DNA from: Candidatus Woesearchaeota archaeon
GTDB lineage: Archaea > Nanobdellota > Nanobdellia > Woesearchaeales > JABGXB01
DNA: 64,000 nucleotides
Reading direction: 5' to 3'
Assembly: GCA_018675975.1 (NCBI GenBank)
Contig: JABGXB010000003.1
Location: 267,821-331,820, forward strand
Position numbers and translations under genes: made by a program. Below, piece after piece: positions 31,067 to 40,023 of this stretch. Within the stretch, counting starts at the first letter, position 1. The number at the start of each line of letters is the position of its first letter. The notes below the pieces were generated by a model. The model ran no database searches, was not told the DNA's origin, and worked only from the letters and a program-made list of their open reading frames with translations.

Positions 31067-31696
31067 ATGAATTTAAGTATATATAGTGAGATTCCAATGC
31101 ATCAAGTTATTGAAGAAGTTAGAAAATCCCCTATGTTAAAATCTGATACTCAATTTCCTTACAAAAATGCAAATATTAGTTTACGTAATGTCGGTATGGG
31201 TGAAATTAATCCAACAAGTTTATATGCATTAAAAGCTAATTTGGATTTTCAAAAAAACTTAAGAGAATATATATTAAATAGATTTGGTTTTGATACATTA
31301 AGATTAAGTTCTGGTCTTATATTAGAAAATAAAGATGGGGAGCGTCAAACATTAATACCTCCTATAGTTGAAGTATCAGAAAGAGAAGTTAAGTTCATTC
31401 CACAAAAAGATGAATTATCATATGAAAATTCATATAAAATAAAAATACCGTGTTTACTTGATGGTATTCATCGCGCACTATGTGCAAAAGAATTAGGTAT
31501 AGATTTAAATGTAATTTTTATTTATGATTCAGATACCAATTATCCTGTTTATGCACATCCAAATGAATGGGATTTAGTTAAAATTTGTGATAGTATACCA
31601 AAAGAAAAAAGTCAAAAAAAAATGTATTTAAGAGATGATCATTCTAGTTTGTATAAATCATTTGCACACTTAGGTTCAAGTGGTCTTAGAAAATGA
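31067..31696 (+). CDS. hypothetical protein, ParB/Srx-like domain
   Basis: Segment IPCLLDGIHRALCAKELGID fits the ParB/sulfiredoxin DGxHRxxAxxxLG signature. Otherwise no matches. Confidence 0.3.
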   Translation: MNLSIYSEIPMHQVIEEVRKSPMLKSDTQFPYKNANISLRNVGMGEINPTSLYALKANLDFQKNLREYILNRFGFDTLRLSSGLILENKDGERQTLIPPIVEVSEREVKFIPQKDELSYENSYKIKIPCLLDGIHRALCAKELGIDLNVIFIYDSDTNYPVYAHPNEWDLVKICDSIPKEKSQKKMYLRDDHSSLYKSFAHLGSSGLRK

Positions 31697-32850
31697 GTAA
31701 TTTAGTTTTAGTTGAAGGAATAAGTGGAGCTGGTAAAAGTACAGCAATTAATTTTATTCAATCTTATCTTTCAACATTCAATATTCAAAGTCACACATTT
31801 AATGAACCCGGTCATATGCGAGATGAAATTAAAAAATATCATAATAGAGAAGACAGAGATCTTCAATTAGAATTTGATCATTATGTTTTATCCAGAAAAG
31901 TTGATTTACATCATAAAGTAATGCCAACTATAAAAAATCACCCAAAGGATACTATCCTCATTGATCGAAGTTGGATTTCTACAATGGTTTATCAACAAAC
32001 AGAACAATGTCCAATGATAAATATTCGTGATTATCATTCCTTTTATCCCAAACACAATTTAGCATTACTCTTAATTTGTGATCCTGAAACTGCATATCAA
32101 AGAATTTTAAAAAGAAAAGAAACTCAAGGAATAGAATTAAGTACATCTGAAAATCCAAAAAGAATTGCTGAACTTAGAAAAAGTTATATTGAAGCATTTG
32201 ATTTAGTAGATTATTCTGTAATTATTAATACTGATGGAAGTGAAAATGCAGTTAATTGTATTTTAAAATCTTATATGAATAAATTATTAGGAATTAAAGA
32301 AAAAAAAATTGTTTTTTTAGATAAAGATGGTACTTTAGTTGACAATTCTAAATATCCAGAAGTAATTCCAACGGATGAAATTCTTTTTGCAGATACATTA
32401 GAAGGATTATATAAATTAAAAAGTGCAGGATATGAATTTCATATGATTTCTTCTCAACCATGGGTTGCTAAAGGTCAATTAAGTTTAGATCAAACAAATG
32501 AAATTTTTGAAAGTGTTATAGAACAATATAAAAAATATGGAATTGAATTTACTGGATATGGTTTTTGTGAACATCATAGAAGTGATAATTGTCCAGATAA
32601 AAAACCAAATACAGGTTTATTAGAACAAATAGCAACTCAACAAAATATTGATATTTCTCAAAGCTTTTTTATAGGAGATATGGAATCGGATATTGAATGC
32701 GGTTATAATTTTGGATTACAAACTGGATTAGTAACTAAATATTCAAATGCAAAAACAATAGATAATTTATCTCAACAAAGATTTAAAAGAACTCCAAATT
32801 ATACTGCAATTAATTTGAATGAAATTGCAAATCAAATAATTGAAAATTAA
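31693..32850 (+). CDS. tmk: thymidylate kinase fused to HAD-IIIA phosphatase domain
   Basis: Tmk motifs: P-loop VLVEGISGAGKST, NEPGH, and the DRY-like IDRSWISTMVYQ. HAD motifs: FLDKDGTLV, ISSQ, DKKPNTGLL, IGDMESD. Confidence 0.6.
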   Translation: MSNLVLVEGISGAGKSTAINFIQSYLSTFNIQSHTFNEPGHMRDEIKKYHNREDRDLQLEFDHYVLSRKVDLHHKVMPTIKNHPKDTILIDRSWISTMVYQQTEQCPMINIRDYHSFYPKHNLALLLICDPETAYQRILKRKETQGIELSTSENPKRIAELRKSYIEAFDLVDYSVIINTDGSENAVNCILKSYMNKLLGIKEKKIVFLDKDGTLVDNSKYPEVIPTDEILFADTLEGLYKLKSAGYEFHMISSQPWVAKGQLSLDQTNEIFESVIEQYKKYGIEFTGYGFCEHHRSDNCPDKKPNTGLLEQIATQQNIDISQSFFIGDMESDIECGYNFGLQTGLVTKYSNAKTIDNLSQQRFKRTPNYTAINLNEIANQIIEN

Positions 32851-33025
32851 TATTTGTTAATTATATTAATTAAAAAAACTAAATTGTTTTTTTTTTGTAA
32901 AAAGAGTTCGAACGTTAATTCCTTACATTTGAATTTAATGAATATATAAAAACAAAAAAACAATATAATTCACTAAGCAGATAAAACAAAACATTATAAA
33001 GCAAATGTATCTATAAAAATAATAC

Positions 33026-33041
33026 ACACTAGGAATAGTGT
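33026..33041. promoter_or_regulatory. candidate NrdR-box-like palindrome (ACACTAGGAATAGTGT)
   Basis: ACAC-N8-GTGT imperfect palindrome about 115 bp upstream of nrdR. A half-site-like ACACAATATAC lies at 33060. Confidence 0.25.
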
Positions 33042-33154
33042 CACAGCAAATATTAATAACACAATATACGGGGAGTTAATAAATTTTTAAACCAGAAAAA
33101 AATACTAAATTAGCTTTAGCTCTGTAAAATAAAAAACAAATAAAAAATAAAAAA

Positions 33155-33604
33155 ATGAAATGCCCACATTGTAATTCAGATGATTTGAAAGTAAATGAAA
33201 CAAGAGAAACAGAATCAAATAGTTTTAGAAGAAGAAGAGAATGCAATAATTGTGAAGAAAGATTTACTACATATGAAAAAATTCAAGAATTATTAATTAG
33301 TGTAAAAAAAGAAAGTGGAAAATTAGAAAATTATACTAAAGAAAAATTAGAAAAAAGTTTTTTGATTGCTTGTAATAAAAGACCAATAACAAGAATTCAA
33401 ATATTAAAAATTATTGAAAACATTGAAAATAAAATAAGAAATAATTTTAAAAATGAAATTTCATCTAAGACATTAGGTGAATATGTAATGGAAGAATTAA
33501 AAATTTTAGATCCAATATCATATATTAGATATGCTTCAGTATACAAAGATTTTGATGATTTAGATAAATTTAATCAAGAATTAATATTATTAAAGGTGAA
33601 TTGA
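33155..33604 (+). CDS. nrdR: transcriptional repressor NrdR
   Basis: Zinc ribbon CPHCNSDD...CNNCEERFTTYE followed by an ATP-cone. Its stop abuts the nrdJ start. Confidence 0.8.
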   Translation: MKCPHCNSDDLKVNETRETESNSFRRRRECNNCEERFTTYEKIQELLISVKKESGKLENYTKEKLEKSFLIACNKRPITRIQILKIIENIENKIRNNFKNEISSKTLGEYVMEELKILDPISYIRYASVYKDFDDLDKFNQELILLKVN

Positions 33605-36600
33605 ATGGAACAAAGTATTGAAACAAAACGAACTGGTATAAAAGTTAAAAAAGTTTTTTGTAGTGATAATATAAGCCCATTTGAAACTGTTGAATTTGAA
33701 AACAGATCAAGTGTGATAAAAAATAGAGATGGTTCTATATTATTTGAAATAAATAATATTCATGCTCCAAAAAAATGGTCGCAAGTTGCCGTAGATATAA
33801 TGGCACAAAAATATTTTAGAAAAAGTGGAGTTCCACAATATGATGAAAATCAAAATGAAATTAAAGATGAATTTTCAAATATAATTACAGGTTCAGAAAC
33901 AGATATTACTCAACCAATAAAAAGATTAACTGGATGTTGGAGACATTGGGGAGAAAAATATAATTATTTTGATACGCAACAAGATGCAATTAATTTTGAA
34001 CAAGAAATACAATATATGTTATTACATCAAATCGCTGCACCAAATAGTCCACAATGGTTTAATACGGGACTTAAATGGGCATATAATATTTCTGGAAGTG
34101 CACAAGGACATTATTATGCTGAACATGAAACAGGTGAAATTAAATTATCTGAGGATGCATATTCAAGACCTCAACCGCATGCATGTGCGGATTATTATAC
34201 ACAAGTGTATACTGATAAGGGTACAATGTATATTGGAGATATAGTTGAAAATAATTTAACTAATATAAAAGTATTTGATGGAGAAAAATATGTAAAAGTT
34301 CTTGCAATCAAAAACAATGGAAAAAAAGAAGTGTTTAAAATTCAATTAAAAAATGGAAATTATATTAAATTAACTCAAGATCATTTAGTGCTATCATCAC
34401 AAAAAAGAAAAAAAAATGGTGGAAATTATAACTGGAATTATGTAAAAGATGTAAAATTAGGTCACAAATTACAACAACCATTAATTCTAGATATTAAAGA
34501 AAAAAATGTATTTAGTGATGATTTAGCAAAAGCAAGATTAGCCGGTTGGATAGTTGGAGACGGATCAGTTGGAATTTATGAAAATGTAATGAGATTGGAA
34601 ATTATTTCTATTAAAGAAGAAGAATTTGAATCAATAATAAATGATATTCAAGAAGTATTTGGACAAGAAGTTAATTTTTGGATTAGTAAATTTAAAACAA
34701 AAAACGAAAATTTAGATGGTAAAAGAATTCATTTAGCAGGTAAAAAAATACATAAATTAATTGAAGACTATGATTTACTAAAATCTTCATTTAATGCAGA
34801 AGTACCTCAAAAAATAATTAATGGGTCACCACAAGAAAAAAGAGAATTTTTAAAAGCCTTATTTCAAGCAGATGGTTGTGTCAGAATTAGAAAAGATGAA
34901 AATAGAAATTCAGGAGATGTGTGTTTAACTACAATTTCAGAAAATCTTTCATTTGGAGTTTTACAATTATTAAATTCATTAGGTATTTATTGTAGAATTA
35001 ATAAATATAGTGATAAAAGAGAAAATCGAAAAGATGTTAATCAAGTTATAGTATCTTATGGTAGTGCAAGAGAACAATTTCAAGAACAAATTTCTTTTAT
35101 ATGTTCTCAAAAAACCGAAAAATTAGAATTATTAAATAAAATTATAACAAAATCAAAAACACTTCCATTAATAAGAGAAGAAACAATTATTTCAATTGAA
35201 TCTGAAGGCATTAAAGATGTTTATGATATTCAAACAGAATCTTCAAAATTTCTTGGAAATGGAATTGTAATACATAATTGTTTTATTCAATCAGTTAAAG
35301 ATGATTTAGTTAATCAAGGTGGAATATTTGACCTTTGTACAAGAGAGGCAAGAATATTTAAATATGGTTCTGGAACTGGTTCAAATTTTTCACAATTAAG
35401 AGGTCAGTCTGAAAAATTATCAGGTGGTGGAAGATCTTCAGGTATGATGTCATTTTTAAAAATATTTGATGTGGCAGCTGGAGCAATTAAATCAGGTGGT
35501 ACAACAAGACGTGCAGCAAAAATGGTTTGTCTTGATTTGGATCATCCAGAAATTATTGAATTTATTGATTGGAAAGCAAATGAAGAAAAAAAAGTTGCTA
35601 ATTTAATTACTGGTTCAAAAAATTCAAAATATCATTTACAAAAAATATTAAAAGAAGCAAGTTCAAATTCAAATATAGAAAAAAATCCAAAATTAAAATC
35701 AGCAATTAAAGAAGCTATTGAACAAAATATTTCTTTAAATTATATTGATAGAGTTTTAAAACTTGCAAATCAAGGAATAACTGAATTTGAAACTCCCGAG
35801 TTTGATAATCATTTTGAAGGTGAAGCATATTCTACAGTTAGTGGACAAAATTCAAATAATTCAATAAGAATACCAAATTCATTTTATGAAGCTGTTCATA
35901 AAGACTTAGATTGGAATTTAAAAAATAGAACTGATGGAAAAATTTCAAAAACTGTAAGAGCAAAATGGCTTTATGATAAAATTGGACAAGCTGCTTGGGC
36001 TTGTGCAGATCCTGGTGTTCAATTTGATACGACAATTAATGAATGGCATACATGTCCAAAAGATGGAAGAATTAATGCAAGTAATCCTTGTTCTGAATAT
36101 ATGTTTTTAGATGATACTGCATGTAATTTAGCTAGTATTAATTTAATTCATTTTATTAATGATAGTGGACATTTTAATGAAGAAAAATTTGCTCATGCAT
36201 GTGAACTTATGACAATTGTTTTGGAAATTTCAGTTACTATGGCTCAATTTCCAAGTGATGAAATTGCAAAAAGAAGTTGGGAATATAGAACATTAGGTTT
36301 AGGTTTTGCAAATTTAGGGACATTACTCATGGTTAAAGGAATTTCTTATGATAGTGATGAAGCTAGAAGTATAGCTGGAGGAATTAGTGCCATAATGTGT
36401 GGAACTGCTTATGAAACATCTGCTAAACTCGCAAAACATCTAGGACCTTTTAACAGATATGAACATAATAAAGATGACATGTTAAGAGTTATTAGAAATC
36501 ATAGACGTGCTGCATATAATGTTTCAAATGAAGAGTATGAAAAATTAGAAATTACTCCAGTTGGCATTGATGAAAATTTATGTCCAAATAATATTTTACA

Positions 36601-38146
36601 AAAAGCTAGAAATTCATGGGATAATGCACTTGAACTTGGACAAGAATATGGATTTAGAAATGCACAAGTAACTGTTATTGCACCAACCGGAACTATTGGA
36701 CTTTTAATGGATTGTGATACTACAGGAGTTGAGCCAGACTTTGCAATTGTTAAATATAAAAAACTTGCAGGCGGTGGTTATTTTAAAATTGTAAATCATT
36801 CAGTTATTAAAGCATTGAGAACTTTAGGTTATGAAAAAGATCAAATTATTGATATTAAAAAATATTGTATAGGTCATCAAACATTAGTGGGTTGTCCAAC
36901 CATAAATCATAAAATTTTAAAAGATAAAGGATTTGATGAAGAAAAATTAGAACTTATTGAAAAACAATTAGAAACTGCATTTGATTTGAGTTTTGTTATG
37001 AATAAAAATATTTTAAGTGAAGAATTTTTAAAAAAATTAGGATTTAGTGATGAACAATTAAATTCTGAAATGTTTGATTTACTAGAAGAATTAAAATTTA
37101 CAAAAGAACAAGTTGATATTGCAAATGAATATGTTTTTGGAACAATGACAGTTGAAGATGCTCCATACTTATTAGAAGAACATTATTCAGTTTTTGATTG
37201 TGCAAATAAATGTGGAAAAAAAGGTAATAGATATATTGACACTTATGGACATATTAATATGATGGCAGCAGTTCAACCTTTTATTTCTGGTGCAATTAGT
37301 AAAACAATTAATATGGATTCAGAAGTTAGTGTTAAAGATATTTTAGATGCTTATGAAGCTAGTTGGAAATTAATGCTTAAAGCAAATGCATTATATAGAG
37401 ATGGATGTAAATTAAGTCAACCATTAAATACTGCTGTTTTTGAAAGTGAATACAATTTAAATTTATCTGAAGAAGATATTGATGAAACAGTTGATTCAGC
37501 AGCAATTCAACAACAAATTCAAACAATGAAAGCAAATCAGTTGCCGAGAAAAAGAGGTGGTTTTGTTCAAGAAGCAACTGTTGCAGGTCACAAAATATAT
37601 TTAAGAACTGGTGAATATAATGACGGAAAATTAGGTGAAATTTTTATTGACATGTATAAGGAAGGTGCTGCCTTTAAAGCACTAATAAATTGTTTTGCAG
37701 TTGCAATAAGTAAATCTCTACAATTTGGTGTTCCTTTAGAAGAATTTGTTGAACAGTTTACATTTACTAGATTTGAACCGGCAGGTTTAGTAACTGGACA
37801 TGAATATATTAAAAATTCTACGTCAATATTAGATTATGTATTTCGTGTTCTAGGCTATGAATATTTAGGTAGAGATGATTTAATTCATGTAAAACCTAAA
37901 AGAAAACCACTAGACATTATAGAACATGAAGATGATCCAAGAGATAAACATAAAACACTAGATAGTTTTTCTAATAGAAAAAATGTAGAAGAGACTAGAA
38001 ACGAAATGCTTTTTAAAAAAATTAATACTGCCAAATCAAGAGGATATACTGGAGAAGCATGTGGTTCTTGTGGTAGTATGAGAGTAAAAAGAAATGGAAG
38101 TTGTACACTTTGTGAAGATTGTGGTTCTACTAGTGGTTGCAGTTAG
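33605..38146 (+). CDS. nrdJ: ribonucleotide reductase, class II-like large monomeric type, with one intein
   Basis: N-terminal [17 protein letters not shown]; thiyl-radical loop NASNPCSEY; C-terminal CxxC...CxxC zinc ribbon. No glycyl-radical motif. Extein is 1148 aa. Confidence 0.8.
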   Translation: MEQSIETKRTGIKVKKVFCSDNISPFETVEFENRSSVIKNRDGSILFEINNIHAPKKWSQVAVDIMAQKYFRKSGVPQYDENQNEIKDEFSNIITGSETDITQPIKRLTGCWRHWGEKYNYFDTQQDAINFEQEIQYMLLHQIAAPNSPQWFNTGLKWAYNISGSAQGHYYAEHETGEIKLSEDAYSRPQPHACADYYTQVYTDKGTMYIGDIVENNLTNIKVFDGEKYVKVLAIKNNGKKEVFKIQLKNGNYIKLTQDHLVLSSQKRKKNGGNYNWNYVKDVKLGHKLQQPLILDIKEKNVFSDDLAKARLAGWIVGDGSVGIYENVMRLEIISIKEEEFESIINDIQEVFGQEVNFWISKFKTKNENLDGKRIHLAGKKIHKLIEDYDLLKSSFNAEVPQKIINGSPQEKREFLKALFQADGCVRIRKDENRNSGDVCLTTISENLSFGVLQLLNSLGIYCRINKYSDKRENRKDVNQVIVSYGSAREQFQEQISFICSQKTEKLELLNKIITKSKTLPLIREETIISIESEGIKDVYDIQTESSKFLGNGIVIHNCFIQSVKDDLVNQGGIFDLCTREARIFKYGSGTGSNFSQLRGQSEKLSGGGRSSGMMSFLKIFDVAAGAIKSGGTTRRAAKMVCLDLDHPEIIEFIDWKANEEKKVANLITGSKNSKYHLQKILKEASSNSNIEKNPKLKSAIKEAIEQNISLNYIDRVLKLANQGITEFETPEFDNHFEGEAYSTVSGQNSNNSIRIPNSFYEAVHKDLDWNLKNRTDGKISKTVRAKWLYDKIGQAAWACADPGVQFDTTINEWHTCPKDGRINASNPCSEYMFLDDTACNLASINLIHFINDSGHFNEEKFAHACELMTIVLEISVTMAQFPSDEIAKRSWEYRTLGLGFANLGTLLMVKGISYDSDEARSIAGGISAIMCGTAYETSAKLAKHLGPFNRYEHNKDDMLRVIRNHRRAAYNVSNEEYEKLEITPVGIDENLCPNNILQKARNSWDNALELGQEYGFRNAQVTVIAPTGTIGLLMDCDTTGVEPDFAIVKYKKLAGGGYFKIVNHSVIKALRTLGYEKDQIIDIKKYCIGHQTLVGCPTINHKILKDKGFDEEKLELIEKQLETAFDLSFVMNKNILSEEFLKKLGFSDEQLNSEMFDLLEELKFTKEQVDIANEYVFGTMTVEDAPYLLEEHYSVFDCANKCGKKGNRYIDTYGHINMMAAVQPFISGAISKTINMDSEVSVKDILDAYEASWKLMLKANALYRDGCKLSQPLNTAVFESEYNLNLSEEDIDETVDSAAIQQQIQTMKANQLPRKRGGFVQEATVAGHKIYLRTGEYNDGKLGEIFIDMYKEGAAFKALINCFAVAISKSLQFGVPLEEFVEQFTFTRFEPAGLVTGHEYIKNSTSILDYVFRVLGYEYLGRDDLIHVKPKRKPLDIIEHEDDPRDKHKTLDSFSNRKNVEETRNEMLFKKINTAKSRGYTGEACGSCGSMRVKRNGSCTLCEDCGSTSGCS
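34184..35278 (+). mobile_element. intein with LAGLIDADG homing-endonuclease domain inside nrdJ
   Basis: Begins at Cys (PQPHA|CADYY) and ends VIHN|CFIQ (His-Asn, then the +1 Cys). Two LAGLIDADG blocks: [11 protein letters not shown] and [11 protein letters not shown]. 365 aa. Confidence 0.8.
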
Positions 38147-38248
38147 AAATTAATTTTTTTATTAAAATTTTATATTTAATTAATTATTAATTTTTTTATA
38201 TATTTTATAATATAAAAATTTATAAAAAAAAAATGATACGATAAATAT

Positions 38249-38572
38249 ATGTCAAAATACTTATCTATAGAAATGATATTTGATTCAATAAATAAAACAT
38301 ATAAAATGCGTTCTGAAGTAAAAGATGAAATGATAGAAGAATTCATTTCAGATTTCATGAGATCTGGTATAGTTGAATCTACACCTAACGGAGATGTAAT
38401 TGAAAGAAACGAATACAAAGTAATTTTACAATTACATTTTGGACCTGTTGACGACTATAGAATTCAAACAAATACAAATAATAGAGATTTAACTATGGGA
38501 ATAATATGTGGTGCATTAGGATACTTAAAGAGTAACCCAAAAATTGATACTAAATTATATAAGTTAAATTAA
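38249..38572 (+). CDS. hypothetical protein
   Basis: 107 aa, no motif. Confidence 0.3.
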   Translation: MSKYLSIEMIFDSINKTYKMRSEVKDEMIEEFISDFMRSGIVESTPNGDVIERNEYKVILQLHFGPVDDYRIQTNTNNRDLTMGIICGALGYLKSNPKIDTKLYKLN

Positions 38573-38590
38573 TAAAATAATATCAAAAAA

Positions 38591-39103
38591 TTAATTCAAT
38601 TTATTACATAAATAATTAAATTCAGTACAGAAAAGTTCCAATCTTTCAATTATTTGATCATTAATAATTTCACTACCACTAATATCATTATATGTTGAAT
38701 AAACAAATCTTGGTAAAATAATACATCTAAAATCTAACATTAAGCTATTTACAAATGATAATGGTGCCATATAAGAACTTGAACCACCTGCAGAACATAA
38801 AATGCCAATTAATTTTTCACTTAAAGATTTTCCTGCAAGTTCAATTACATTTTTTGCTGAGCTATTAATATTATAATTATAAATTGGAAGTGCAAAAATC
38901 ACCCCATCTGCATTTTCAATTTGTTTTTTTAATTCAATTACATTAGTAAATTCATAACATTTCCCTGCATCACACATTGGCAAATCAAAATGAAATAAAT
39001 CGATAAATTCAATATCACAATCTAATCGAGATTTAACATATTTTGCAAGAATTCTACTTTTACTATCTTTATTTAAGCTTGTAGATATAATTAAAACTTT
39101 CAT
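38591..39103 (-). CDS. NADPH-dependent FMN reductase-like flavoprotein
   Basis: Flavodoxin-like pattern MKVLIISTS...IDLFHFDLPMCD...ADGVIFALPIYNYNI. Confidence 0.45.
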   Translation of the reverse strand: MKVLIISTSLNKDSKSRILAKYVKSRLDCDIEFIDLFHFDLPMCDAGKCYEFTNVIELKKQIENADGVIFALPIYNYNINSSAKNVIELAGKSLSEKLIGILCSAGGSSSYMAPLSFVNSLMLDFRCIILPRFVYSTYNDISGSEIINDQIIERLELFCTEFNYLCNKLN

Positions 39104-39132
39104 AAAATTAGGATATAAATGAAATTTAAAAA

Positions 39133-39915
39133 TTATTTGTTTTTGTAAATTAATTCTTTCATTACTTTTTGAAATTCAATAGCATTTGCTTTGATATTTT
39201 CATAATCATGCCCTGAAATATTATCAATTTCGCCTTTTTCTAATTTCTTTGTAATATCATATAAATGAGAAAAAAAATGTACATGTTTTCCATCAAGTTT
39301 ATTCAAATTTACAAATCTGACTTGTAATAAATCAGGAATTAATTGTGGAAGTCCTGGCATTTCACCAATTTTCATTAAAGCTGCCTGAGATGAATCATAA
39401 CAAGCCCAATATAAATCTACAACTGCATTTATAATTTTTATTGAACTATTATGCATTGCTGCACAACTTTTTTTATAAAATTCGTTTATCATTTCTTCAG
39501 TTCCTTTTATTTTACCATCTTCTAAAAGATATTGTAAAGTCTCAAACATACCTAAATCATAAACTGGATAACCTGTTCTTAATATATTTACTAAAATTGG
39601 ATGACCTTTTTTTGCATAATCCCAAAAATTTGATAATTTTAAGGTTTGTAAATGAATTTTAAAATTAAGTTTTCTCAATATATTTGCAACTACAACCCTA
39701 TATGTTTGTATAAATTCCGCAGTTAATGCATATTTAACATCATCAACAACAATTAAAATATCTATATCACTTTGAGAATCATGATTAATACTCCAATTAT
39801 TTTCAGATATTTTTTTAACATCATATTTTGAATAAGATCCAAAAACTACAATTGTTTTAATAAAATTCTCAAGTTCAGGCAATATTTCTTTAGAAAACGA
39901 AATAGCATAATCCAC
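39133..39915 (-). CDS. nucleotidyltransferase-domain protein (MNT-like, possible HEPN-like C-terminus)
   Basis: hGS...DhD motif VVFGSYSKYD...SDIDILIVVDD. Confidence 0.4.
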   Translation of the reverse strand: MDYAISFSKEILPELENFIKTIVVFGSYSKYDVKKISENNWSINHDSQSDIDILIVVDDVKYALTAEFIQTYRVVVANILRKLNFKIHLQTLKLSNFWDYAKKGHPILVNILRTGYPVYDLGMFETLQYLLEDGKIKGTEEMINEFYKKSCAAMHNSSIKIINAVVDLYWACYDSSQAALMKIGEMPGLPQLIPDLLQVRFVNLNKLDGKHVHFFSHLYDITKKLEKGEIDNISGHDYENIKANAIEFQKVMKELIYKNK

Positions 39916-40023
39916 TTGCTTATCCGCATAAAATTTTTTATTAGGATGAGAATTTATATCGTATTTGAACTTAATTGGTACACCTCTGATTAAAAAATAG
40001 AATTGTGATTTATAAAATTAAGC

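Noticed and set aside
33060-33075. Second full NrdR box
   Set aside because: ACACAATATACGGGGA has only the left half-site (ACAC) and lacks the GTGT arm. It is kept only as a possible half-site.
33969-34244. Short ORFs inside nrdJ (33969-34244, 35838-36035, 37377-37577)
   Set aside because: They are embedded in or antisense to a well-supported RNR reading frame. Their low-complexity translations are typical of AT-rich alternative frames.
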